A DNA stretch of 64,000 nt. Source: Patescibacteria group bacterium. GTDB lineage: Bacteria; Patescibacteriota; Patescibacteriia; JAXHNJ01. The position numbers were made by a program, and so were the translations under genes. Position 1 is the first letter of the stretch, and each line of letters opens with the position of its first letter. The notes beneath the pieces were generated by a model that had not been told where the DNA came from, did not search any database, and saw only the letters and a list, made by a program, of their open reading frames with translations. Below are positions 28,585 through 39,060 of this stretch, piece after piece. The stretch lies in assembly GCA_034520665.1 (NCBI GenBank), contig JAXHNJ010000002.1, forward strand, positions 62,230 through 126,229. Reading direction: 5' to 3'.

Positions 28585-29744
28585 TGACTAAAAAAAATAA
28601 GAAGAATAAAATTAGTAAAAGATACCGCAAAATAATTTATATTTTTATTATTTTGGCCATTTTGCTTTTTGCTTTTATTATCTACTACTCTTTCTCCCGG
28701 ACAAATATTTATATTACTCCTAAAATAAAAAATGAAGAAGAATATTTTTCGGCAGTTATTTATGAAAATGACAATAAAGAAAACAAATCACTAGAAAATT
28801 ATATACCCGGAGTAATTTTAGAAAAAGAAATTCAAAACAGTCTAAAAGTAACTGACCTAGGAGAGCCTGAAGAAATACCAGCACAAGCTCAAGGAGAAGT
28901 CACTATTTATAATGAATGGAATCAGACCCAGCCCTTAGCAGCTACCACTCGCTTCCTCTCTGAGAAAGGCCTTCTTTTTCGTACTAAACAAAGAGTAGAC
29001 GTACCACCTGGCAGTTCTGTAAAAGTCGAAATTTATGCTGATAAAAAAGGATCGAGCGGTAATATTGAGCCTTCAAAATTTACTATTCCCGGACTTTCCT
29101 CTCAAATGCAAGAATTAGTCTGGGCTGAAAGCCAAGAAGCTATGACTGGTGGCACCAAAAAAGTTAACCAGGTCACTTCTAATCTTGTTTTAGAAAAACA
29201 AAAAGAAATGATAGAACAAATCAAGCAGGAAAATTTAAATGATTTAAAAAAGAAAATTAATGATATTAATCCTTTATATAGTCTTTCAGAAAATCAGATA
29301 AAATATCAGATTTTAGAAAAAAATATTGAGCCAGAAGTGGGCCGCCAGGCTGAAGAATTTAATATAAACCTAAAAGTAAAATTAATTGCTTTGGCTTTTT
29401 CTAAAGATAATCTAAAAAAAACTGCTCGCGAAAAAATATCTGAAAATTTAAAATCTGACCACCAGATTAAAGAAAACTCATTTGATCTTGAATACCAATT
29501 TGACACTTTTAATCTGGAAAATCAAACCGCTCAACTCAAAGTAACAGCTAAAGCCAGCTCACATCTTAAACTTTCCAGTGCCATATTTAACCGCGATAAT
29601 TTAACTAATAAAGACCGTCAACAAATAAGAAGTTATTTTCTTGATCATAAAGACATCAGTGAAGTAACGGTAAAGTTCTCCCCTTTCTGGGTTTTTCAGT
29701 CTCCTTCCATGAAGGATCACATTGAAATAAGACTTAATCTTTAA
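28584..29744 (+). CDS. Hypothetical membrane-anchored protein
   Basis: 386-aa ORF, N-terminal TM, coupled to the dnaE stop. Confidence 0.7.
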   Translation: MTKKNKKNKISKRYRKIIYIFIILAILLFAFIIYYSFSRTNIYITPKIKNEEEYFSAVIYENDNKENKSLENYIPGVILEKEIQNSLKVTDLGEPEEIPAQAQGEVTIYNEWNQTQPLAATTRFLSEKGLLFRTKQRVDVPPGSSVKVEIYADKKGSSGNIEPSKFTIPGLSSQMQELVWAESQEAMTGGTKKVNQVTSNLVLEKQKEMIEQIKQENLNDLKKKINDINPLYSLSENQIKYQILEKNIEPEVGRQAEEFNINLKVKLIALAFSKDNLKKTAREKISENLKSDHQIKENSFDLEYQFDTFNLENQTAQLKVTAKASSHLKLSSAIFNRDNLTNKDRQQIRSYFLDHKDISEVTVKFSPFWVFQSPSMKDHIEIRLNL

Positions 29745-29789
29745 ATTTGACCTTTTTTTAAGAATATTCTATGCTTATTAATACCTTTT

Positions 29790-30010
29790 TAGTGATTGGA
29801 ATAACTACCAATTATTCATCTCTTAAACTAAAAAAGAGATCGCCAAAAAACGCTAAGCTAAAAAGATAAATTTAATAAAATAAGATGTCTCTAAATAAAG
29901 AGGAAATTGGGTGGAACCGCCCGCAGGCCCTGAGTTTATCGAAGGGCCAAGAGCTCGCAAAGAGCCAAAGAAGGGTCCCAAAACTGGCAAAAAAGTCTTG
30001 GGATTTTTAA
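29790..30010 (+). ncRNA. T-box riboswitch leader of thrS
   Basis: AATTGGGTGGAACCGC T-box at 29905-29920, downstream GTCCCA antiterminator strand and GTCCCAA...TTGGGATTTTT terminator. Confidence 0.75.
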
Positions 30011-30043
30011 TTTAAGTGAATTAAATTAATTAACTTAAAAATT

Positions 30044-31774
30044 ATGGCACAAAAACTACATAAAATCAGACACTCCCTAAGCCACATTATGGCTATGGCT
30101 GTTAAAGAACTTTTTCCGGAAGCTAAACTAGCTATTGGCCCGGTGATTGAAGACGGTTTTTATTATGATTTTGAAGTTAGTCAAAATTTCACTCCTGAAG
30201 ATTTACCAAAAATAGAGAAAAAAATGAAAAAAATTATTAAGCAAAATATATCTTTTGAAAAAATAGAAATACCCTATGAAAAAGCCAAGAAAAAAGTATC
30301 AGATCAGCCCTATAAAAAAGAATTACTAGAAGAAATTACCAAAAAGGGAGAAAAAATCACTTTTTATAAAAGCAGTTCCTTTACTGATCTTTGTGCTGGC
30401 CCACATGTTAAATTAAGTAAAGAAATAAAAGCTGACGCTTTTAAATTAACTAAAGTAGCCGGGGCTTATTGGCGCGGTGACGAAAAAAATAAGATGCTAC
30501 AGAGAATTTACGGAGTGGCTTTTACCACTAAAAAAGAGTTGGCTAAATACTTAAAACAAAAAAAAGAAGCTAGGAAAAGAGATCACCGTAAATTAGGCCA
30601 GGAATTAGAATTATTTGCTTTTCATGAAGTCTCACCAGGCGCCCCTTTTTGGCTGCCAAAAGGTATGATTATTTTTCGAGAATTAGAAAAACTCTGGCGC
30701 CAAATTCATGACCAAGCCGGCTATCAAGAAACCTCTACTCCTATACTCAATCATAAATCTCTTTGGGTAAAATCAGGTCACTGGCAGCATTATAAGGATA
30801 ATATGTTTAATCTAAAAATTGATGATGAGATTTATTCTCTAAAACCCATGAACTGCCCCGGTTCAACTTACATTTATAACACTAAGAAAAGATCTTACCG
30901 TGATTTACCTTTGCGTTATTCAGAAATCGGTCGCCTTCACCGGAACGAAGTCAAAGGGGCTTTGGGTGGTCTTTTTCGAGTACGTCAGATTACAATGGAC
31001 GACGCCCATATTTACTGCCTAAAGAAACAAATTCAATCAGAAATAGGTCGGCTTTTGAAATTAATAAAAAAATTCTATAAAATATTCGGCTTTAGTCCAA
31101 ATTTTGTCCTGGCTACCCGCCCAGAAAAATTTATGGGTGAAACTGAAGACTGGGACCAGGCGGAAAAAGACCTTAAAAAAGCTTTGGAAAATAATAAAAT
31201 TGATTATCAACTTTCAAAAAAAGACGGCGCTTTTTATGGTCCGAAAATTGATATACATATTGATGATACTTTGGGTCGTACCTGGCAAATGGCCACTATC
31301 CAGCTAGATTTCCAAATACCTAAAAGATTTAACTTAGTTTATACTGATAAAAAAGGCCTTGAAAAAGTTGTTACCTTGATACACCGAGCCATCTTCGGTT
31401 CGTTTGAAAGATTTTTTGGTATATTAGTTGAGCACTACGCCGGTGCTTTTCCTATTTGGCTCTCCCCTGTTCAAATTCAGATAGTACCGGTTGGTTCAAG
31501 CCATATATCTTTTTCAAAAAAGTTAGCTCAAAAATTCAAAGACGAAAATATTCGAGTTGATGTTGATACTGCCAATGAAACTGTTGGTAATAAAATCAGA
31601 AAAGCGATCAAACAAAAAGTGCCTTATATGCTGGTCATCGGTGATAAAGAAATGAATTCAGATAAACTATCTGTTAGAATACGTAGTGAAAAAGATCTTT
31701 GGAATGTTAAAAAAGAAGATTTTATCAAAAAAGTTCAAGATAAAATTACTAATCGTATAGTAAAATTAAAGTAA
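30044..31774 (+). CDS. thrS: Threonyl-tRNA synthetase
   Basis: RHSLSH, DLCAGPH, RDHRKLG, KPMNCP, GAFYGPKID, HRAIFGS. Confidence 0.98.
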   Translation: MAQKLHKIRHSLSHIMAMAVKELFPEAKLAIGPVIEDGFYYDFEVSQNFTPEDLPKIEKKMKKIIKQNISFEKIEIPYEKAKKKVSDQPYKKELLEEITKKGEKITFYKSSSFTDLCAGPHVKLSKEIKADAFKLTKVAGAYWRGDEKNKMLQRIYGVAFTTKKELAKYLKQKKEARKRDHRKLGQELELFAFHEVSPGAPFWLPKGMIIFRELEKLWRQIHDQAGYQETSTPILNHKSLWVKSGHWQHYKDNMFNLKIDDEIYSLKPMNCPGSTYIYNTKKRSYRDLPLRYSEIGRLHRNEVKGALGGLFRVRQITMDDAHIYCLKKQIQSEIGRLLKLIKKFYKIFGFSPNFVLATRPEKFMGETEDWDQAEKDLKKALENNKIDYQLSKKDGAFYGPKIDIHIDDTLGRTWQMATIQLDFQIPKRFNLVYTDKKGLEKVVTLIHRAIFGSFERFFGILVEHYAGAFPIWLSPVQIQIVPVGSSHISFSKKLAQKFKDENIRVDVDTANETVGNKIRKAIKQKVPYMLVIGDKEMNSDKLSVRIRSEKDLWNVKKEDFIKKVQDKITNRIVKLK

Positions 31775-31778
31775 ATAT

Positions 31779-34763
31779 ATGTTTTTATCAAAAAAATTTT
31801 TAGCGTTAATTATCTTTATTCTTATATCTAGCCCTATTTTAGCTACTAATGATAATAATATTTTTTCTTCTGATTTTACAAATCCAAAAGAAGAACTATT
31901 AACAGGAACAGCTAATCCTGCCGCTACATACTGCGAATCATTAGGATATTCTTATGAAATCAGAGGTTCAGAAGGATTCTGCATATTTGAAGATGGAGAA
32001 TGCCCTGAATGGGATTTTTATTCAGGAGAATGCGGTGTTGAACATAATTACTGCAGCCAGAACGGATATGAAACCTTAACTAAAGATGATGGTGATGTTT
32101 TTTCTAAAGACTACTCTGTTTGTATTAAAGATGGAAAAGAGATAGGAACTGTAGTCAAGTTGGCCAATATTGAAGAAAAATCCATCAAGTCAGAAGTTAT
32201 AATCCCTTTAGACACTTCACATACAACATATACATCTACTACAGCGCCTTCCAGTTTTGACTGGAGGAACTACAATGGATACAATTGGATAACTCCTGTC
32301 AAGAACCAGGCAAACTGCGGAAGCTGCTGGGCATTTGCAGCAGTAGGTTTAACTGAGGCCATGCACAACATAGTGAAAAACAATCCTAATCTTGACCTGG
32401 ACCTTTCAGAAGAAGAGCTTGTATCGGACTGTTTTGGTGGTCCTGACCGCGACTGCTGCGGCGGTCCAATGGGATCAGCAGTGCAATATATCATCGATTC
32501 AGGAATCAGTTCAGAATCATGCAAGCCCTATATCTCAAACACATGTAGTTGTGGTGGTGGTTCATGCAGTTCTTGCGCCTATCCTTCAATATGCAGCAAC
32601 AGCATATGCAGCAGATGTCTTGATGAGCTTACATATCTGGATGAGAGATCATATATTTCAGATAATCCTGCTGTTATAAAAGAAGAAATTTCTACAAGAG
32701 GACCCTTAGCAACATCGATTGGCATGGTTGGTGGTTTTGATGCTAACGACATTTACCGTTGTGATGATGATTCAAAACTGGGCCACGCAGTTGTAATTGT
32801 AGGATATGATGATGCTGACGGTTATTGGATTGTAAAGAATTCTTGGGGCAGTACTTGGGGACCTGCTAACGATGGTTATTTCAAAGTAGGCTATGGAGAA
32901 TGCGGCATAGAAAGGTTCCCTATGTATGCAGACACAAATAACATATGCGGCCAAATACTGACTGAGGATATAACCCTTACAAAAGACATCTCCTGCAATG
33001 ATCAGGTATTCAGAATAGGAGCAGATGACGTTACGATAGACTGTGATGGACATGAGATAAAACACGATGGTACTGGTTACAGCCTATACTCAAATGGTTA
33101 TTCAGGCCTTACTATTAAAAACTGTGATCTAGATGTCAGCACTGTAGGCATTTCGTTAGGTTCAGGACTTGAAATATCAAATAATAATATTTATAATGGA
33201 GTTTTAGAAGTCGACTCGTTAGATAATGCTGTTTTGAAAAACAATCTAGTTAGAGATGAAGTAAGATTTGTAAACAATGCTCATTCTGTTGTAGAAAACA
33301 ATGAGTTCAGCTTTTTTGAACCTGATGAATTGGCTCTCTTGTTGGAAGATTCTGATCATTCAGTTGTTTCGGGCAATACCTTTTTTGGAACTGGCAATTT
33401 GATAAGTTTAAAGGGAAGTGATTATCTAGTAAAAGAAAATGAATTTTACTACGCAAACACAGCAATTGAGATGGAGAATGTTTTATATTCAAACATTATA
33501 ACCAACACAATAGATGCTGATCACCCAATAAACATCGGTTCAGGAAATAACAACTACATCTATGGAAATACTTTCTCCTCAGGTAATTGTATAGATGATG
33601 GAACAAACTACTGGAATTCAAGTCTTCAAGGTAACTGGTGGTACGACTTTGAATCCAATCCAGGCTATCCTTACCAATACACTATTAGTGGAACAGGAGG
33701 CTCTGCTGATTATCTTCCAAACGGAGGCGATATTGACGGAGACGGCATTATCAACCTAGAAGATAACTGTCCTATTGATTACAATCCTGCACAAAAAGAT
33801 GTTGATCAGGATGGAGAGGGAAATGTGTGCGACCCTCTGCAGTGTGGGGATCATATTTATGAAGATTATATAATGGAAGAGGATATATTGAACTGTCCAT
33901 CTGATGCGGCTTTGACAATAGAAACGTCCAGCATAACATTTGACTGTGCAGGACATACTATTGATGGTGATTCTTCAGAAAAAGGAATCTGGATACGAAA
34001 TTGTGAAGAAGTTGCTGTAAAGAACTGTGTGTTAGCAGGATTCGAGTATGGGATAGAGTCTTCTGACAGTATAGATATTGAATTATCAGAAAATGATGTT
34101 TCAATGAGTACAAAGGGAATAGAACTGAATAACACAGAAGCCGAAGTATGGAACAACTATCTGCATGAAAACTCTTATTATGGAATCCGGTTGTATCTTA
34201 GTGATGCATACGTCCATGATAATGAGATAATGCAGAACGTGGTGGGCGTTTTAATTATGATAAACCATGATTCTTTGATTTCGGATAACATCATAAGTAA
34301 GAATTCACAGGGAATGCATCTTGAGCGCAGCTCTAACAACGAGATCTATAACAATACCATAAATGAGAACTCACAATATGGTGTTTATATTAAGGATTCC
34401 AACGATAATCTGTTTTGGAGTAATATTTTTGATAATGCTGTGAACGTGTTCCATAAGGATGATTCATCTAATAATATTTGGAATTCTTCTATAGGCAATT
34501 GGTGGGGTGATTTTGAAAGCAATCCAGGCTATCCGGAATATTATAATGTTTATGGCGATGATGTTGACTACAAACCAATGTATGATGGAGATCTTGACGG
34601 TTATTGGACCTGGGAAGACTGCGATGATTCCAACTCAAATGTCAACCCCGGGATGGAAGAGAACTGCTCTACTAGTTATGATGATAATTGCGATGGAATA
34701 ATAAATGAAGGATGTAGTTATCCAAAAATAATACTAAGACCATTTAAAGAAATTAGTAAATAA
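31779..34763 (+). CDS. Secreted multidomain C1A (papain-like) cysteine protease with DUF333, parallel beta-helix (NosD-like), TSP3-like and metal-binding repeats
   Basis: Signal peptide; ANPAATYC..LG (DUF333); QANCGSCWAF, GHAVVIVGY, KNSWG catalytic motifs; DIDGDGI..DNCP; DCDD...PG.EE.C...DDNCDG. Confidence 0.85.
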   Translation: MFLSKKFLALIIFILISSPILATNDNNIFSSDFTNPKEELLTGTANPAATYCESLGYSYEIRGSEGFCIFEDGECPEWDFYSGECGVEHNYCSQNGYETLTKDDGDVFSKDYSVCIKDGKEIGTVVKLANIEEKSIKSEVIIPLDTSHTTYTSTTAPSSFDWRNYNGYNWITPVKNQANCGSCWAFAAVGLTEAMHNIVKNNPNLDLDLSEEELVSDCFGGPDRDCCGGPMGSAVQYIIDSGISSESCKPYISNTCSCGGGSCSSCAYPSICSNSICSRCLDELTYLDERSYISDNPAVIKEEISTRGPLATSIGMVGGFDANDIYRCDDDSKLGHAVVIVGYDDADGYWIVKNSWGSTWGPANDGYFKVGYGECGIERFPMYADTNNICGQILTEDITLTKDISCNDQVFRIGADDVTIDCDGHEIKHDGTGYSLYSNGYSGLTIKNCDLDVSTVGISLGSGLEISNNNIYNGVLEVDSLDNAVLKNNLVRDEVRFVNNAHSVVENNEFSFFEPDELALLLEDSDHSVVSGNTFFGTGNLISLKGSDYLVKENEFYYANTAIEMENVLYSNIITNTIDADHPINIGSGNNNYIYGNTFSSGNCIDDGTNYWNSSLQGNWWYDFESNPGYPYQYTISGTGGSADYLPNGGDIDGDGIINLEDNCPIDYNPAQKDVDQDGEGNVCDPLQCGDHIYEDYIMEEDILNCPSDAALTIETSSITFDCAGHTIDGDSSEKGIWIRNCEEVAVKNCVLAGFEYGIESSDSIDIELSENDVSMSTKGIELNNTEAEVWNNYLHENSYYGIRLYLSDAYVHDNEIMQNVVGVLIMINHDSLISDNIISKNSQGMHLERSSNNEIYNNTINENSQYGVYIKDSNDNLFWSNIFDNAVNVFHKDDSSNNIWNSSIGNWWGDFESNPGYPEYYNVYGDDVDYKPMYDGDLDGYWTWEDCDDSNSNVNPGMEENCSTSYDDNCDGIINEGCSYPKIILRPFKEISK

Positions 34764-34785
34764 ATAAATTAAAACAAAAAATAAT

Positions 34786-34829
34786 TAAAAAAACAGGTAT
34801 CTTATATCTAAAAATGCCTGTTTTTTTTA
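34786..34829. terminator. Bidirectional intrinsic terminator
   Basis: aaaaaaacaggtat...atgcctgttttttttat between convergent genes. Confidence 0.65.
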
Positions 34830-34840
34830 TCCCTTATATA

Positions 34841-35359
34841 TTATCCGATTAGACGCCAAATTATTAAAAAAGCTAATATTAGGCTACTGATCATATATTC
34901 AGTATAACTGGTATTGGGTAACCAACCTTTAAATTTTAACTTTTTAGTGAAAGGTGCCAAAGGATATTTATTAAAACGCATAACTGCATCCATTAAAAAA
35001 TGAATAAATAAGAATAAAACCGGTATGTAATTATTAATTATTAAAGAAAGGCCTAATATTAATAAAATGCCAGTTGGCTCCTGTATCCAGGAACGAGGCT
35101 CAGAAATAGCTGATCTTTTTTTATTAAATTTGTCTAAAAAAATAACCAGGCGATGGGGCAAAAATTTTTCTAACCAGTGCCGCTTTTTCCAATGATGATA
35201 ACTTAATTTAATATCCTCAATAAAATATTTCAACTGAGTGACAATATGATCAATATCAATACCCCAGCCAAAAAGATGAGCTAGTAAATAATCAGATCCG
35301 CTTAATTTTAGAATACGGCATAAAATTTCGGTAACCGCTATGTGACTGGTAATTAACAT
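34841..35359 (-). CDS. Membrane-bound metal-dependent hydrolase (YdjM-like)
   Basis: TSH, DIDH, HFLMD motifs plus TM helices. Confidence 0.6.
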   Translation of the reverse strand: MLITSHIAVTEILCRILKLSGSDYLLAHLFGWGIDIDHIVTQLKYFIEDIKLSYHHWKKRHWLEKFLPHRLVIFLDKFNKKRSAISEPRSWIQEPTGILLILGLSLIINNYIPVLFLFIHFLMDAVMRFNKYPLAPFTKKLKFKGWLPNTSYTEYMISSLILAFLIIWRLIG

Positions 35360-35431
35360 ATATAATATTTTAACAGAAAAATTATATTTTGGCTAATTGA
35401 CTATTAATAGTAAAGCCGTTAAAATTTACTT

Positions 35432-36718
35432 ATGAAGTATTACTTTTTTATTCTTGGCTGTCAGATGAATACAGCCGATGCAGAAAGAATAGCCGCTCTT
35501 TTGGATTCTTTTGGTTTTGACCAAACTAAAAAAGAAAAAGAAGCTGATATCATCATTACTCTAGCCTGTTCGGTCCGTCAAAAACCTATTGACCGTATTT
35601 ACGGAAAAATAAATAAATGGAATAAAGAAAAAAAGAAAAGAAAAATTCTGACTATTTTAACCGGCTGTCTGCTAACCCAAGATAAAAAGAAATTGAAAAA
35701 TAAATTTGATATTATTTTTCATATTGAAAATTTATCAAAACTACCTCATTTAATAAAGCCTTTTTTATTATCTCGTTTTAATATACCAGCTCCTAAAATT
35801 GATTACTTAGATTTTCCCATAAAACCAATCTCTAAAGCCACCGCCTATATTCCTATCATGACTGGTTGTAATAATCACTGCACTTACTGTGTAGTCCCCT
35901 TTACCCGCGGTCCAGAAAGATCAAGAAAAAAAGAAAATATTATTAAAGAAATAAAATACCGCTTAAAAAAAGGGGCTAAGGATATTGTTCTAGTCGGACA
36001 AAACGTAAATTCCTTTAATCATAAAAAAGGTAAAGTCTACACAGATAATAAGCCTTTTATTAATCTTCTAAAAGAAGTAAATAAAATAAAAGGAGATTTT
36101 TGGCTACATTTTATTTCTAACCACCCTAAAGATATGACTCCTGACTTAATAAGAGCCATAACTAAAATAAAAAAAATTCCCCCTTATCTTCATCTTCCTT
36201 TTCAGTCAGGTGACAATCAAATATTAAAAAAAATGAACCGTCATTATACAAAAGAAGAATATTTGAAATTAGTTGATTTTATTAAAAAAACTATACCCCA
36301 GGTAGCAATTACCACAGATATTATTGTGGGCTTTCCCGGAGAAACTAAACAAGCTTTTCAAAATACGGTCAAGGTAGTAAAAAAATCACAATTTGATATG
36401 GCTTATATTTCACAATATTCTGAAAGATCAGGGACAGCCGCCGCTAAACTTAAAGATAATATATCAAAAAAAGAAAAGAAAAAACGCGAGCAAAGACTAA
36501 CCAAATTAATCGAAAAATCATCATTAAAAAATAATAAAAAACTAAGCGGCCAAAAATTAAAAGTTTTAGTCAGCGGACAAAAAGGAGATTATACTTTTGG
36601 ACGTACTAATACCTGGAAGGTAGTAAAATTTAAAGGCAAAAAAAATCTCATCGGCAAATTTGTTTATGTAAAAATTACTCAAGCTAAACCCTGGAAACTA
36701 GAAGGTAAAATAAAATAA
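35432..36718 (+). CDS. miaB: tRNA methylthiotransferase MiaB
   Basis: LGCQMN, CSVR, CNNHCTYC radical SAM motif, TRAM domain; near miaA. Confidence 0.93.
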   Translation: MKYYFFILGCQMNTADAERIAALLDSFGFDQTKKEKEADIIITLACSVRQKPIDRIYGKINKWNKEKKKRKILTILTGCLLTQDKKKLKNKFDIIFHIENLSKLPHLIKPFLLSRFNIPAPKIDYLDFPIKPISKATAYIPIMTGCNNHCTYCVVPFTRGPERSRKKENIIKEIKYRLKKGAKDIVLVGQNVNSFNHKKGKVYTDNKPFINLLKEVNKIKGDFWLHFISNHPKDMTPDLIRAITKIKKIPPYLHLPFQSGDNQILKKMNRHYTKEEYLKLVDFIKKTIPQVAITTDIIVGFPGETKQAFQNTVKVVKKSQFDMAYISQYSERSGTAAAKLKDNISKKEKKKREQRLTKLIEKSSLKNNKKLSGQKLKVLVSGQKGDYTFGRTNTWKVVKFKGKKNLIGKFVYVKITQAKPWKLEGKIK

Positions 36719-36743
36719 GCCCGTCTTTTATAAAAACGGGCTT
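36717..36743. terminator. Bidirectional intrinsic terminator
   Basis: aagcccgt...acgggctttt. Confidence 0.65.
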
Positions 36744-37385
36744 TTAATCAAAACGTCCTTTTATAAAATGATTGTCCCGAATAGCATGATTTAGCCAGCC
36801 AATCAAAAAATAAAGAGTAAAACCTCCTATAATAAACAAAGAAATTTGAAAAGAAGAAATATCACGGGCAAAAGGAATCATAATCTTTAACCGATAGTAA
36901 AGTAAAATTTCAAATAAAAGTTTCAACTCAACCGCGCCAATAACCACATAAATACCGTTTTTTAAGCCGCCCACGCGAACAGCAATAACCGAACCAGTAC
37001 GGAATAATGGTAAGGGAACCATAGAGGCCAAAGCCAAGCCAGTATAACCAATGGCTTCAAATAATTTAATGGCTATTTTGATTACTCGGTCAATTCTCTG
37101 CTGGTTTTTCTTTTTTAAATGCTGGCGATAAGAATTAAAACTTTTGTAAAGAAATTTCTTCTGCAGCCAAATGATTAGAAAACGGGGGAAATGAAATTTT
37201 CTTTGCATAAACTTACGTCCAGTCAGCCAATATATACTCAAACTAGTAAAAAGCATGCCCAAAGTCAGAATTAAAAATGTACCCATTAATGAATAACCGG
37301 CTGAATGCAAATAAATAATTCCCGCTTCATAACGAAAAACAATTAATACCAATAAATTCAAAAATTCAATTAGACTCTCTAACAT
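36744..37385 (-). CDS. Hypothetical integral membrane protein
   Basis: Several TM segments; AAGGAG SD and GTTCTTTA upstream. Confidence 0.65.
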   Translation of the reverse strand: MLESLIEFLNLLVLIVFRYEAGIIYLHSAGYSLMGTFLILTLGMLFTSLSIYWLTGRKFMQRKFHFPRFLIIWLQKKFLYKSFNSYRQHLKKKNQQRIDRVIKIAIKLFEAIGYTGLALASMVPLPLFRTGSVIAVRVGGLKNGIYVVIGAVELKLLFEILLYYRLKIMIPFARDISSFQISLFIIGGFTLYFLIGWLNHAIRDNHFIKGRFD

Positions 37386-37449
37386 TATATTCTCCTTTTT
37401 TATAAAGAACTAAATCAAAGATATTTTACCTTAACCAATATCCCATCAG

Positions 37450-38334
37450 ATGTCAAATAAAAAAATAAAATTAATTATTATTTTAGGACCGACTGCTTCT
37501 GGCAAGTCTTCTCTAGGTATTTCTCTGGCTAAAAAAAACAATGGCATTATTATCTCAGCTGACTCCCGGCAGGTTTATAAAGGCATGGATATTGGTACGG
37601 CTAAAGTGACAAAAAAAGAAAGAAAAATAGTGCCCCATTTTTTACTGGATGTAGTTTCACCCAAAAAATATTATTCAGCAGCTCAGTTTAAAAAAGAAGC
37701 CTTAAAAGTAATTGATAAATATTCTTCACAAAAAAATATTTTTGTGGTTGGTGGTTCGCCTTTTTATATTGATAGTTTAATTTCTAAAAAAGAAACCTTT
37801 AATATCCCTCCTGATTATGATTTAAGAAAAAAATTAGAAAAGTTAAGTCCGGAAAAACTTTTTAAACGCTTAAAAAAACTTAATCCTAAAAAAGCCAAAA
37901 AAATAGATAAAAATAATCCTCGGCGCCTAATCAGAGCTATTGAAGTGGCTAAAGCCAAACCCAAATCTAAAAAAAATAAAACTCCTGAATTTAAGGTTCT
38001 AAAAATCGGTCTTTCTAGGCCCCGAGAAAAGCTTTATCAAAAAATTGATGAGCGGGTGGATAAAAGATTTAAGCAAGGCATGGTTAAAGAAGTGGAAGAT
38101 TTAAGAAAAAAAGGTCTTAGTTGGAAAAGACTGAATTCATTTGGTCTGGAATACCGATTTGTGGCTAAATATTTAAAGGGCCAGCTTAAAAAAGAAGAGA
38201 TGGTCCAAAAGTTAAAATACGCTATTCATGACTTTGTCCGGCGGCAAATGACCTGGTTTAGAAAAGATAAATCAATTCATTGGATTAAGAACCAAAAACA
38301 AGCCGAAAGTTTAATAAATAAATTTCTTAAATAA
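37450..38334 (+). CDS. miaA: tRNA dimethylallyltransferase
   Basis: GPTASGKS, SADSRQVY, DIGTAK, RRQMTWF. Confidence 0.97.
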   Translation: MSNKKIKLIIILGPTASGKSSLGISLAKKNNGIIISADSRQVYKGMDIGTAKVTKKERKIVPHFLLDVVSPKKYYSAAQFKKEALKVIDKYSSQKNIFVVGGSPFYIDSLISKKETFNIPPDYDLRKKLEKLSPEKLFKRLKKLNPKKAKKIDKNNPRRLIRAIEVAKAKPKSKKNKTPEFKVLKIGLSRPREKLYQKIDERVDKRFKQGMVKEVEDLRKKGLSWKRLNSFGLEYRFVAKYLKGQLKKEEMVQKLKYAIHDFVRRQMTWFRKDKSIHWIKNQKQAESLINKFLK

Positions 38335-38375
38335 TAAAATAGGGCGAATCCTTGATCCGCCCTTTTATAAGGCTG

Positions 38376-38540
38376 TTACTTGTATATATACCTTATATTT
38401 CTTTTTTCTCCTTCTTTTCTTTCTTCATCTTTCTTTTTTTCAATTTCAGTTCTCTGGTCTGCCCCAGGATAACGACAATGAGGGCAACTATGACGCATCC
38501 TCCAGCCGCAACGGGGACAAATAGAGCTAATTCCTGGCAT
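38376..38540 (-). CDS. Small zinc-finger protein (54 aa)
   Basis: ATG at 38540 after AAAGGAGG; CPRC...CPHC; terminator-like hairpin at 38341-38367. Confidence 0.6.
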   Translation of the reverse strand: MPGISSICPRCGWRMRHSCPHCRYPGADQRTEIEKKKDEERKEGEKRNIRYIYK

Positions 38541-38851
38541 ATTAAGGCCTCCTTTCAAAAAAAGAACAAACAAATTACATAAAAAATAGGCCTTCTTTTT
38601 GGAAGGTCTAGTTTTATGTGCTTATTAACTAATTTATAGCTTTTTTACAACTTAACTAAAACCTTCCGCCAGATGAGGCCTTTTTTAGATTTTTTAACGG
38701 CTAATTTTCTAGAGTTAAATTCCATGAAAAGTATTTAATTAAGTTGTTAACAGTTTATATCATTTTTTTAAATCTGTCAAACTAATATCTTTTTTAAAAT
38801 AAAAAAGGGGCAAATCCAACAAACGTCAGATTGCCCCCTACAAAAAAACAA

Positions 38852-39046
38852 TCAGAGGTATGGTGCAATGTAAGTACACTCTCGCCATTCCCCTGTCGGA
38901 CAGGTTATGTTGATCGGGCAGCGAAGACACGCATCAGAACGATGCATGCGTGGACATAGTCCTTTTGGATCTGCGTTTCGCAGATAATAACGAAGTACTT
39001 CGTTATTATCCTCCTCACTTTTAATCTCAGTCGCGGCTTCATTCAT
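38852..39046 (-). CDS. Small Cys-rich hypothetical protein downstream of pyrBI
   Basis: CPR..CLRCP..CP..C; followed by a terminator-like hairpin at 38801-38838. Confidence 0.45.
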   Translation of the reverse strand: MNEAATEIKSEEDNNEVLRYYLRNADPKGLCPRMHRSDACLRCPINITCPTGEWRECTYIAPYL

Positions 39047-39060
39047 TACCTTACCCCCAT

